From Isurus oxyrinchus (Eukaryota): 64,000 bases of DNA. The position numbers were made by a program, and so were the translations under genes. Under the pieces are notes generated by a model. It was given only the letters and a program-made list of their open reading frames with translations, did not search any database and was not told the DNA's origin. Numbering within the stretch: the stretch's first letter is position 1; each line of letters opens with the position of its first letter. Of this stretch, positions 51,101 through 63,100 are shown one piece after another. Where the stretch lies: contig JANJGN010000014.1 of NCBI GenBank assembly GCA_026770705.1, forward strand, positions 68,634,001-68,698,000, in the 5' to 3' direction.

Positions 51101-54100
51101 CATCTTTTGATGATCTGCTTCTATCACTGCTTGTTTGTCCCTACAACCACACCACCCCTCCGCTTCTCTCTCTCTCTCCGCCCCCCCCACACACCTTAAA
51201 CCAGCTTATATTTCAACTCTTTCTCGGACTCGAACTCAAGTTCTGTCGAAGGGTCATGAGGACTCGAAATGTCAACTCTTTTCTTCTCTGCCAATGCTGC
51301 CAGACCTGCTGAGTTTTTCCAGGTAATTCTGTTCTTGTTTTGGATTTCCAGCATTCGCTGTTTTTTTGTTTTTATTACTACTTCAGTGGTCTGGGGAACC
51401 ACGTGATCTTTTCTCCTGCTCTGTCTGCAGTCCACTCATGCCTGTTGACTCACTCCTTGCATATCTTGCCTCAATGCTACCCTCTAAATTTCAACAGTGT
51501 CAGTATCCGAGTGGAGGACCATGGGTCTAGATTGAATGATGGTGTTTCTTCCTCCTTAATCTCCTGTTCATCCTGGCCTCAACCTTCCACATCACTGCCT
51601 GGACAGGCAGCAGTTCTTGGGTTTTAAGGCACAAGGGCAAGTTTTGGGTGAGGAAAGGGGGAAAGCAAGAGGTGCATAATTACACCATCATGGATCAAAA
51701 AACTGACTGTGTATGAAAGCTGGAATATACGGCGTGTGGCTTGCAGCAGCACTAAATGTGTGAGGGTGAGGTGACACTATGAATGTGAGGTAAGAGTTAT
51801 GGTTAATAGAGATTATTGGAAGGCAAGTGAAAAGGATGTGGTAAATGAGGTGTAGTTAGTAGAATGTGGCATGTGAAGATGCATTTACTGATCATAATCC
51901 TGGCACTGCATCCAGATCCTTATGGCTGAACTGCTGACATTGACTGCAATGGCTACCTACTCCCATTGCCTTCTCAGAATGTTTCTGGAGGGCTTCCTGG
52001 CCCCTGAAAAAAGAAAACCCCTCTCTTCCTGCACAAAGGCCTCAAGAGCAGCATCTCAGCATACTCTCTCACCTGTGGTCCATTTTTGCAGCTTTATCCT
52101 GGTTTTTCACTAACCAGTTTCAACCTTTGCTGTAGTCAGGATGGAGCTCAGCTTTAACTGGTGCAACCTGAGATTAAATAGTTCAGGCTAGCTTTAAGTG
52201 GTACTAGCCTTGCCTGAACTTGGGCCACCTGCTGCGATGTGCAGCCACTCAGCAGCACATTTAGTGCTGGAATGCAAACCATGATCATTATAATTAGTAG
52301 CAGCATGAAGTTTGCATGCGGTCTGCATTACGGAATGTGTTAGGGTCATTCCGCATTGCGATCCCCACACCCAATTTCAGGGACAATCCAATTTAGTCCC
52401 CCTTTTCTTGAGTCATCAGTGACTTAAAATTGATATTGAAACAGTGACAAGAGAGAGGAGAAGTTTATTTACTCAGAAGGTTATTGGAAAGTGGAATGCT
52501 AAAGAGAATGGCAGAGAGATTGCAATTTACTTCAATGGAGAGTGTAATTGGACAGGGCATAAAATAGCACAAACCCACCCCATTCCCACTGGGCAGATTA
52601 GATTAAAATCAGGGTTCATATTTTGACAGATCTCTTCAGCAGTGGTTAAAGCTCATCAACATGGGTATGCTCTCATCCACCCACCTCATTCTGAATTAGT
52701 TTTAGTTTGGTGTGGGCTGTACAGTTTATGAAGGATGTCCAGTTCACGCAGCGAGTGGTTAAGGTCTGGATTGCACTACTTGAGTGTAGTGGAGGCAGGT
52801 TCAACTGAAGCATTCAAGGGGGAATTAAACTGTTAAGGAAGAATGTTCAGGGTTATGGGGGAAGGCGGGAGAATGGCACTAAGTGAATTGCTCATTCGAA
52901 GAGCTGATGCAGAAATGATGGGCCGAGTGGCCTCCTTCTGCACTGTAATAGTTCTGTGACTTGTGAGGTAGTTTTCATTCTTTAAATCCTAGATGTCTTT
53001 CACAAACTATGATCCCTCCCAGTTATCGTCTCTAACTTGTTGGGTTTGCATTTTTGACTGGATTAGGTATTTTCTTGTTTGAAGTTGATTTAGATCAACA
53101 TTGGGTCAAAATGAATGGAACCATTTTGCAGGCCTGGTTGAAGATCACATGTGGACTCATCCAGTTTGGCATCATGAGAAAAATAATTGCAGACAAGCTT
53201 AACATGGAACAAATCAATCATCAATAGTCATAGTTTTTCTTAAGAAAAGAGGATTGAACAGATTTTGTAACATTTGATATTTTACTGTTTTGTTTAGGAT
53301 AAAGATCATAATCTCCCAGCTGATGCCCAGGTAATAATATGATTAATGATTATTTTACAGTATCATGTTGGAAATTTTGGAATGTAGAAATGGAATTTGC
53401 ATTTACTTGCTGATTAATTATTCATCTTTTTGTCTTTTGTAGGTTGAAAGTATCAAAACTAAGACAACTGTGGTTATTCCAGAATGTAATGGAAGTCACT
53501 CAGGTCGATATAGTATTACTGCTAAGAACAAGGCTGGACAAAAGACATTAAATGTCAGAGTAAATGTTCTTGGTATGTAATTGTTTTATTGGATTGTATT
53601 TGAAAGAGAATGAATTGTAGTTTAATGTGATTATTAAATTAATTATTTTTTATTTGTTACAGATATGCCTGGACCACCAAAAGATCTCAAAGTAAGTGAT
53701 ATTACAAGGAGTACCTGCAAACTTTCATGGAAACCCCCAGACAATGATGGTGGAGATCGAATTAAATGCTACGTTGTGGAGAAAAAGACTGTAGAAGGAA
53801 AAGCTTGGGTAAAAGCTAACGCTGACTGTGCAGGCACATCATTTATTGTGCCTGATCTTATTGAAGGGCAGGAGTACTTCTTCCGTGTCCGGGCAGAAAA
53901 TCGCTTTGGCATTGGCGCACCAGTAGAAACCATTCAGAGAACCAGGGCTAGAGATCCAATTTGTAAGTTTATAGTTAGAAAAACATATACTGGTCTAGTT
54001 CAAAAATCAGTATAATTCATTTTAGTGTTTATGCTTTGTTAGCATTTTTTTGATGACTACTTATATATTTCAGACCCTCCTGAGCCTCCAACAAAACTCA

Positions 54101-57100
54101 GAGTTGGTTTGGTTACTAAGAATTCCATTTCACTTACTTGGAGACCACCAAAGAAAGATGGAGGGGCTCCAGTAACGCATTACATTATTGAAAGTCTTTC
54201 CTTGGATCCTACTGAACAGAAGAAGGAAACCTGGAAGCAATGCAATAGACGTGATGTGGAAGAAACAAGGTTTACAGTTGAAGATCTTAACGAGGGTGGG
54301 CAGTATGAATTTCGAGTGAAAGCTGTTAATGAAGCTGGTGCTAGTAAACCGTGTAACCCTGTTGGACCTATTATTGTGAAAGATCAAACATGTAAGTGCT
54401 GGCACAATTATGTTACAACACACCAATGTAACAATAGAAAATACCAAATTTAACCCTAATTAAAATGCGCTAAATGTTCCCATGTCTAGGTCCACCTGAA
54501 ATTGAACTTAATGAATTTTTAGAGGCAGAACAAAATACAGATATCAGCATTCTAGCCAAAGTCAAGGGCACACCATTTCCAACTTTGACGTGGTACAAAG
54601 CACCTGTCCAGAAACCAGAAAACAAATCTAAAGTAGAATATGATCAACATGTCAACAAAATTGTGACTGAGGATGGTTGCACTTTACTAATTCGTCAGTC
54701 CCTCCGAAAGGACACTGGTCTTTACACCCTCACTGCTACAAATAATTTTGGAACAGCTTCCAAGGAAATGAGACTCAATGTTCTTGGTAATCATTTTTAT
54801 AATTTTATCTCTTACAATTGCATTTCTAAAATGAGAAATTTAAAGTGCATTCATGGCATTTGCTATAGTGAGCCTAATTGAAAATATTCATATTTTGACT
54901 TGTTTTAATACTTAGGTCGTCCTGGTCCTCCAGTTGGTCCTATTAAGTTTGAAGGAGTTAGCGCTGAACAGATAACCTTATCATGGCTACCTCCAAAAGA
55001 TGATGGTGGCTCCAAGATCACTAACTATGTTGTTGAAAAGAGAGAAGCAAGTAGGAAGACTTGGATTCAAGTTACCAATAATGTTAAAGAGTGCATTTGC
55101 ACAGTGCCCAAGTTATTGGAAGGACATGAATATGTATTCCGCATCATGGCTCAGAATAAATACGGTGTTGGTGAACCTCTTGACAGTGAACCAGAGACAG
55201 CAAGAAATCTGTTTAGTATGTATTGAAATAAATTTCCTGCAGATGTTCTATAATTTGATATTTCTGACTTTAAGATGCATCCATACAGTTCAATTCTACA
55301 TATTTAACAGTGGCTAGCAAAATTATTTATCTTGAGTTCTAAGTTCATATTTAGTAGTACAAGTCTGTTCATTGTTGAACAAAAATACTTCAGTTAAACT
55401 TACTCAGTTAAACTTCAGTTATTGTACAGGCTGCATAATCCTGTGCCTTCTCTAACAAAAATGATTTAAATTTTGTGCTCAAGTGATTGAGTATTTTTTG
55501 GAGCATTAAATGTTCTACCTTTAATTTCAAAATTACTGTCAGAATATACTAAGGTTAACTTCTGTTGTAGATTTGGAAAATACCAATGAAATGTATATGA
55601 TTTTTTCAAAGCTGTACCTGGAGCTTGTGACAAACCAACTATAAGTAGTGTGGCCTACGATTCTATGGTAGTCAACTGGGAAGAGCCAGAATATGATGGT
55701 GGTTCTCCAGTAACTGGCTACTGGTTAGAGCGTAAAGAGACCACCGGGAAAAGATGGAATAGAGTAAATCGTGATCCAGTTAGGATTATGCCACTTGGCG
55801 TATCCTATAAAGTAACTGGACTTATTGAAGGCTCAGATTATCAATTCCGAGTGTTCGCCATCAATGCAGCAGGCGTTGGACCCCCAAGCATGCCTTCTGA
55901 CCCAATGATAGCAAGAGATCCTATAGGTAGGTATATGTTTCTGCTTAAGATTTTCAAACTTGTATATGTGTGAGACATCTGTGAATATTAAAAAACTAGT
56001 GTAAATATTTTTCACATTCCTAGGAACCAACTACCCTAACTTCTAACACTTATAGCTACCCATAAGTAAATCAATGTAATATTGTAAACAATATTTTTAT
56101 TAGTGTAAAGTAACAGAAACAACAAGCAAGTCAACAAGCACAGAAATCTAATGACTACATTCTCTCATGAACCCCTAGATCCCAGTTTTAAAACTTGTAT
56201 TTTATAATGCATCTAGATTAACAACATGTTTTTGATAGTTTGTACTGAATATTCTTTTTTTTTAGCACCACCTGGCCCACCATTCCCTAAGGTGACAGAC
56301 TGGACTAAGTCAACTGTAGATCTTGAATGGGCTCCACCAACAAAAGATGGTGGATCTAGGATTACTGGTTATTTTGTTGAATTTAAGGAGGAAGGAAAGG
56401 AAGAATGGGAAAAGGTAAATGCATATATATTGTAAATATAGGGCTGAATTTCTGGTTCCTATCTTATGCCTTTGCCAGGTGCTGGATAGACAGAGCAAAC
56501 CTGAAGTGCAGTCTGCCAGTTCATGCCTTAGAGTGCCCAAATTTGATGGGCCTATTTATTAAATGGTTCAGCAGCAATCTCATTGCAGCTTCTCCCCTTG
56601 GCAGGTCATAAAATGAGGGTAAAACAAAAGTGCAGCTGAAGTCACTCAAACCTGCAGTGGCAGTCCTGCTCCTTAGCCTCAGCTCTACTGGCTAGTTTTG
56701 AACAGCAGCTGAAGGCCCCATGGTATAAAGTTCTAAAGGGTTTCAGCAACCTAAAGACCTATCATCTTTTTTGGCCTGCCTCACTTTATCACATGACTCT
56801 CTTAGAACTTCCCACATGAGAAGACCCAAACTCGGAGTGCAGCACCAGTACTCTCGCTGCTGCTGAATTGGTTCCTTTTCCAGAGCAATGACAAAAAAAT
56901 GAGGTCGTAAAGTTTGAAATGCATCCTACCACTGCATTTCCATGACAACAATTGATAGTACATGGTAGCATATCTGTTGTAGGCACAGGACTTATTTCAC
57001 CCTCCAAGCAAAGCAGAAATTCCAGGGCAAGTGTGAAAGGGGCAGAAATCTGGCATCATAGCTTTGTTGCTCAGTTTTGGCAAATATTTTCTACCTTTTA

Positions 57101-60100
57101 TGCTTTTTCTTAAAGGTAAAAGACAAAGAAGTTAGAGGCACAAAGTTTGTTGTACCAGGACTGAAAGAAGGAAGCCTGTACAGGTTTAGAGTAAGGGCAG
57201 TAAATGCTGCTGGAGTTGGTGAACCAGGGGAGGTTTCCGATGTCATTGAAGTCAAAGATAGAACAGGTAAAAAAATAAAGACTGTGGTTGCATTTCTTCT
57301 GTATTACTTTGACAATGCTATTAATTGACATAATTGTGTTTTTATTTATTCTAGTCGTTCCAGACATTAACTTGGATGCCAGCGTGAGAGACAGAATTGT
57401 AGTGCATGCTGGTGGTGTCATTCGTATCTTGGCATATGTGTCAGGTAAACCACCTCCAGAGATCACATGGCAAAGAGATGATAAACCAATACCAGAAGAA
57501 GCTACAGTTGAAACAACAGCTATCAGTTCTGCTCTTGTTATTAAGAATTGTCAGAGAAAGCATCAAGGTGTGTACAATCTCATTGCAAAGAATGCAGGAG
57601 GTGAAAGAAGAAAGACAATTATTGTTGATGTTTTAGGTAAATATTATTACTTCTTGATTTTACATTTAGTGCAATCAACTTTTCTTAAGAATCTAAGTAA
57701 AATTAATATTTTTTTTATTACAGATGTTCCTGGGCCAGTTGGCGAACCTTTCCGCTGTGAAAACCTGACGAATGATTCTTGCAGATTAACCTGGTTCCTT
57801 CCAGATGATGACGGTGGATCTGCTGTTACCAATTATATCATTGAAAAACGTGAAGCTGAACGTCGAGGCTGGTCCCCTGTCACATACACAGTTACAAGGC
57901 AGAATGCTATTGCTCAGGGACTAATTCAAGGAAATAGCTATTTCTTTAGAATTGCAGCTGAAAATATCATAGGAATGGGCCCATGGGTGCAGACAATGCA
58001 AGAAACTATAGTTAAAGAACCAATGTGTAAGTAATCTTTCTAGTTATATGTTTTCCCTATCTTTGGGTATTAAAGAAATCAGTGGTAACCACTGAATACA
58101 TTAATTTTAATATATTGTTTCTAACTTGCAGCTGTCCCTGAACGCCCTGAAGACCTTGAAGTAACAGCAGTCACAAAGCAATCAGTTAGCTTGAAATGGA
58201 ACCCTCCTAAATACGATGGTGGCTCGGACATTACAATGTACATTCTTGAGTGTCGTCTTATTGGCAAAGAAAAGTTCATCAAGCTCACCAAAGAGAAATT
58301 GTTAGATCGGATTTTCAAACATAGTGGATTAAAGGAAGGTGACACTTATGAATACCGTGTCAGTGCAGTGAATGAAGTTGGACAGGGCAAACCATCATTC
58401 TGCACAAAACCAATAACTTGCAAGGATCAACTTGGTAAGATTTCTTTCAAAAATATTTTAAGAAATATCTCTTTTATTTTCCAGAAAGGCAATAACAGCA
58501 TATTATTTTCCTTAGAACCACCAATACTTGAGTTGGATTTCCGCGACAAGTTTGTTGTGCGCGTTGGTGAAACCTTCAGTCTGACAGGACAATATAAAGG
58601 GAAACCTGCCCCAAAGCTTTCTTGGTTTAAGGATGATGTTGCAGTTGAAGAAACTGATCGCCTAAAGATAAACACGACACCCTCAAAATTGTCTCTGGCG
58701 ATTCGGAAAGGTATTCGTGATGACTCTGGTAAATACTGTGTAGTTGTGGAGAACAGCACAGGGGTACGAAAGGGTTCCTGTCAAGTGACTGTTGTTGGTA
58801 AGTTAGTTATTTTTATTCTTTCTCAACTTAAAACCTTTTAAGATTGAAGAAGAAAACAGGATTGAAACAAAATGTTATTTTTCGTCAGATCGTCCACAAC
58901 CTCCAGTTGGCCCAGTTGTGTTCCATGAAGTTCACAGAGATCACATGGTTATTTCCTGGAAACCTCCACTTGATGATGGAGGCAGTATGATTACTAATTA
59001 TATCGTTGAGAAAAGAGATACAAACCGAGAACTTTGGATGCCTGTTACTTCTTCAACTACTAAAACAACCTGCAAAGTTCCAAAATTGATTGAGGGCAGA
59101 GAGTATATTATCCGTATCTATGCTGAAAATATGTATGGAATCAGTGATCCATTGCTTTCAGAAGAAATGAAAGCTAAAGATCGTTTTAGTAAGTGTTGGA
59201 CCTTAGAATTTTCTAGTTAATATAGTAAGCAAAACAAAAACAAGCAAATGCTCAGAATAGCAAATTAAGAATTTTGCATTTTCATCCAACTAGGTCTACC
59301 TAAAATAAGACAGAATTCTGATTTCTTATTAAGTATTATATTAAATATTTTATGGTTTTGATATTAAATCTTTTTAATTAAGTGTTGTACACAACTTAGG
59401 TGTCTTCCTCCTATTCTATCAAATATTTTTGTAAAATATTAATATTGAATAGATGTGAGGAAGAAATCTTCTGTTTTATTTTTCTTATTCCGGTTTTATT
59501 CTTTTCTCTAAAGGGGTTCCTGAAGCACCAGAACAACCAATTATAAAAGATATTACTAAGGATTCTGCTGTGGTAGTTTGGAATAGACCACGTGATGGCG
59601 GCAAGCCTATCACTCAATATATTGTGGAAAAGAAAGAAACCATGTCTAATCGCTGGGCAAGAGTATCTAGGGAGCCAATTTATCCAGACACTCAGTTCAA
59701 AGTAACTGACCTGCTTGAAGGCTGTGAATATGAATTCCGTGTTTCAGCAGAAAATGAAATAGGAGTTGGTGATCCTAGTCCACCATCCAAGCCCATCTTT
59801 GCAAAAGATCCAATTGGTATATAAAACATATACTCAATTTATTTTTTCCTTCAAAATAACTTCCATAATGTATGTATTCTGGTTTATTTGACCATATTTT
59901 TAACTCTTTTTATTCAGTCAAACCAAGCCCACCTATTAACCCTGAAGCAGTGGATAAAACTAAATCTACTGTTGATTTAACTTGGCTACCTCCGCGTCAT
60001 GATGGAAAAGGGAAAATATTAGGTTACTTAGTGGAATTTCAGAAAGTTGGTGATGAAGAGTGGAAGAAAGCGAATCAAACTCCGGATTCCTGTCCTGAAA

Positions 60101-63100
60101 CTCATTTGAAGGTGACGGGTCTTACTGAAGGTGATACTTACAAATTCCGGGTCATGGCAGTCAATCAGGCTGGCGCATCAGATCCGGCCTATGTCCACGA
60201 TCCAGTTCAAGCAAAAGACAGGCTTGGTGAGTATATTTTAGGAATACAATGTGGATCATTCCATATTGAAAAGTTTTCCTATTAATCCTGTTCTGTGATT
60301 GATTCTGATCACTCAAAAGATTTTTATTCCTTTTACAGAGGCACCTGAATTGTTTGTGGATGCTAACATGACTCGAAGTGTAAACCTAAAAGCAGGAACT
60401 ACTTTAACCCTCAGTGCAACCATAAAAGGAATGCCATTTCCAAAGGTCACATGGAAAAAGAATGACATGGAAGTACCAGTGAAAGCTGATATTGAAATTA
60501 CTCCTGTTAGCAGCAAGCTTGAAATCCGTAATACTGTTCGAGATGACAGTGGATGCTATTTACTCACTGTTGAAAATGAAGCTGGAAGCAAGAGTGCTAT
60601 GTGTACAGTTACAGTATTAGGTAATATAGGAGCGTAAAGATAGTAGGAACAACCTGTGTATTTAATACAATCTTGCTCTATTTGCCTTTTTTCCAGTAAT
60701 TACAATATTAAGAATATATTAATTACTTTCAGATAAACCTGGTCCGCCGCGTAACTTGAATATTAGTGAAGTTAGAAAAGATTCATGCTATCTGACATGG
60801 AAGGAACCAGAAGACAATGGTGGTGCTGTTATCTCAAACTATATAATTGAGAAACGAGATGTTGCTGCTCCTCGGTGGATCCCTGTCTCATCCAGAACCA
60901 AAAAGCACAGCATTATGGCTAAGTACTTAATGGAAGGCATCCAGTATTTGTTCCGTGTGGCTGCTGAAAATCAATATGGTCGAAGTAGCTTTATTGAATC
61001 AACGAAACCCATAAAGGCAATTGATCCAATATGTAAGTTCTAATTTGATAAAATTAATAATTTCACTCAGCCAAGCTCACAACTTCTCCACCAGCTCACA
61101 ACAACTAAATTATCATGTTATCAACTTATTTCTATAGCTCCTCCTGGCCCACCTAAGAACTTACACCATGTTGATGTGGACAAGACAGAAGTGTCTCTTC
61201 TTTGGAACTATCCAGATCGTGATGGAGGTTCTGAAATTACAGGGTTTTTAGTTGAATACCAGGAAGAAGGAGCTCAAGACTGGATTAAATTCAAAACTGT
61301 TAGCATACCAGAATGTGTTGTAACTGGCTTAGAACAAGGAAAGACATACAGATTCCGTGTTAAAGCTCAAAATGCAGCTGGGTTTGGTCGTCCAGATACA
61401 ACTGTACCTATTCTGTGCCAGGAGAAATTAGGTTAGTTAGTTATATTGACTCACATTATTTGCTTTGAGTTTTTCATTGCTTTCAATCTCTAATTCATTG
61501 ACATTTTCATGATACTCATTGGTTCATATATGCTTTTGTTTTATAGTATCCCCATCGGTGGATATCGATGTAAAGTTGATTGAAGGTCTTGTTGTGAAGG
61601 CTGGCAGCACAGTCAGACTTCCTGCTTTGATGAGAGGTATTCCTCCTCCTTCTGTGAAGTGGGTCACTGACAATACTGAGCTTAAATCAGAAGGCAATTA
61701 CAAAATTGATACTGACAACTATTCAACAGTGCTTACTATTAAGGATTGTACCAGAAAACATACTGGCGAATATATACTTACTGTTTCCAATGCAGCTGGT
61801 AGCAAGACAGTGGGTCTACACTTAACAGTCCTGGATGTTCCCGGTCCTCCAGTTGGTCCAATCAATATCCTCGAAGTAACACCACAGCACATGGTTATCT
61901 CTTGGCGCCCACCTAAGGATAATGGTGGGAGTCCTGTCATAAATTACATTGTTGAGAAACGAGAAACTAATAAAGAAACTTGGGGTATTGTTAGCTCTGG
62001 AAGCACTAGCACTCAAATGAAAATTCCCCGTCTTCAGAAAGGATGTGAATACATTATGCGTGTTCGAGCAGAAAACAAAATTGGTATTGGTGAACCACTA
62101 GAGTCTAAACCAACTGTTGCCAAGTACATGTTTGATGTTCCAGGCCCACCTACTAAACCAGCAGTTTATGATATCACAGAAAATGCCGTAACAGTTTCTT
62201 GGGGCATACCAAAGTACGATGGTGGTAGCCCAATTATTGGTTACATTATGGAACGCAGAGAAACAACTGGTAAATGGATACGGGTGAATAAAACGCCAGT
62301 ATTAGATCTAAAATTGAGAACTGTTGGACTTTTTGAAGGAAATATATATGAATTCAGAATATTTGCTGAAAATATTGCTGGTCTAAGTAAACCATCACCA
62401 ATCTCTGATCCAGTCTCAGCGAAGCGTCCTATTAGACCACCTGGACCACCAATCAATCCTAAACTGAAAGACAAGACGAAAGAATCTGTTGACTTAGTCT
62501 GGACAAAGCCCACCAAGGATGGGGGCAGCCCAATTTTAGGATATATTGTAGAATGTCAGAAAGCAAGTACTACAAAGTGGGATAGAATTAATAAAGATAA
62601 CTTGATCAAACAATGTGCTTTTAGAGTACCTGGACTTATTGAAGGCAACGAATATCGATTCCGTATAAAGGCTGCCAATATTATTGGTGAAGGTGAGCCA
62701 AGAGAACTACCAGAATCTGTAATTACAAAGGACATTCTTCATCCACCAGAGCTAGAACTTGATATTGTTTGTCGTGAGCTGGTCACAGTTCGTGTGGGAC
62801 AAACTATTAGCATAACTGGTCGTGTTAAAGGCAGACCAGATCCAGAAATTACATGGTCAAAAGAAGGCAAAATACTTTCTGATGACAAACGTATAAAGAT
62901 GAATAATGACTACCCTGTTATACAGCTTTTGATTAAAGAGGCAACCAGAGCTGATCATGGTAAATATATAATTGTTGCTAAAAATAGTAGTGGACATGCC
63001 CAAGCTGCCGTTATCGTCAATGTACTTGATAGACCTGGACCTTGTAAGAATATCAAGGTAAGCTATGTCACTAAAGATTCCTGTATGCTTGCCTGGGAAA

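Larger units (their letters stand above)
45030..52400. mobile_element. Second decayed Harbinger transposon, host to CR1 and Penelope insertions
   Basis: HARBI1-like YCNLKGHHLLNVQL and SEHVSQFAVVCFVLRNL on + (48.5-48.9 kb); Myb/SANT-like DAALEAFVQEERGFLFSGARKPSRNILRRQW on - (51.9-52.07 kb). Outer ends approximate. Confidence 0.6.

Noticed and set aside
802-51374. CRISPR-like or prokaryotic system from the recurring gctggaaaaactcagcag repeats
   Set aside because: The repeats are dispersed Penelope termini with TSDs inside a spliced vertebrate gene, not a regularly spaced array.
55389-55421. Short tandem repeat tcagttaaactt
   Set aside because: Two to three copies, consistent with a local slippage duplication.
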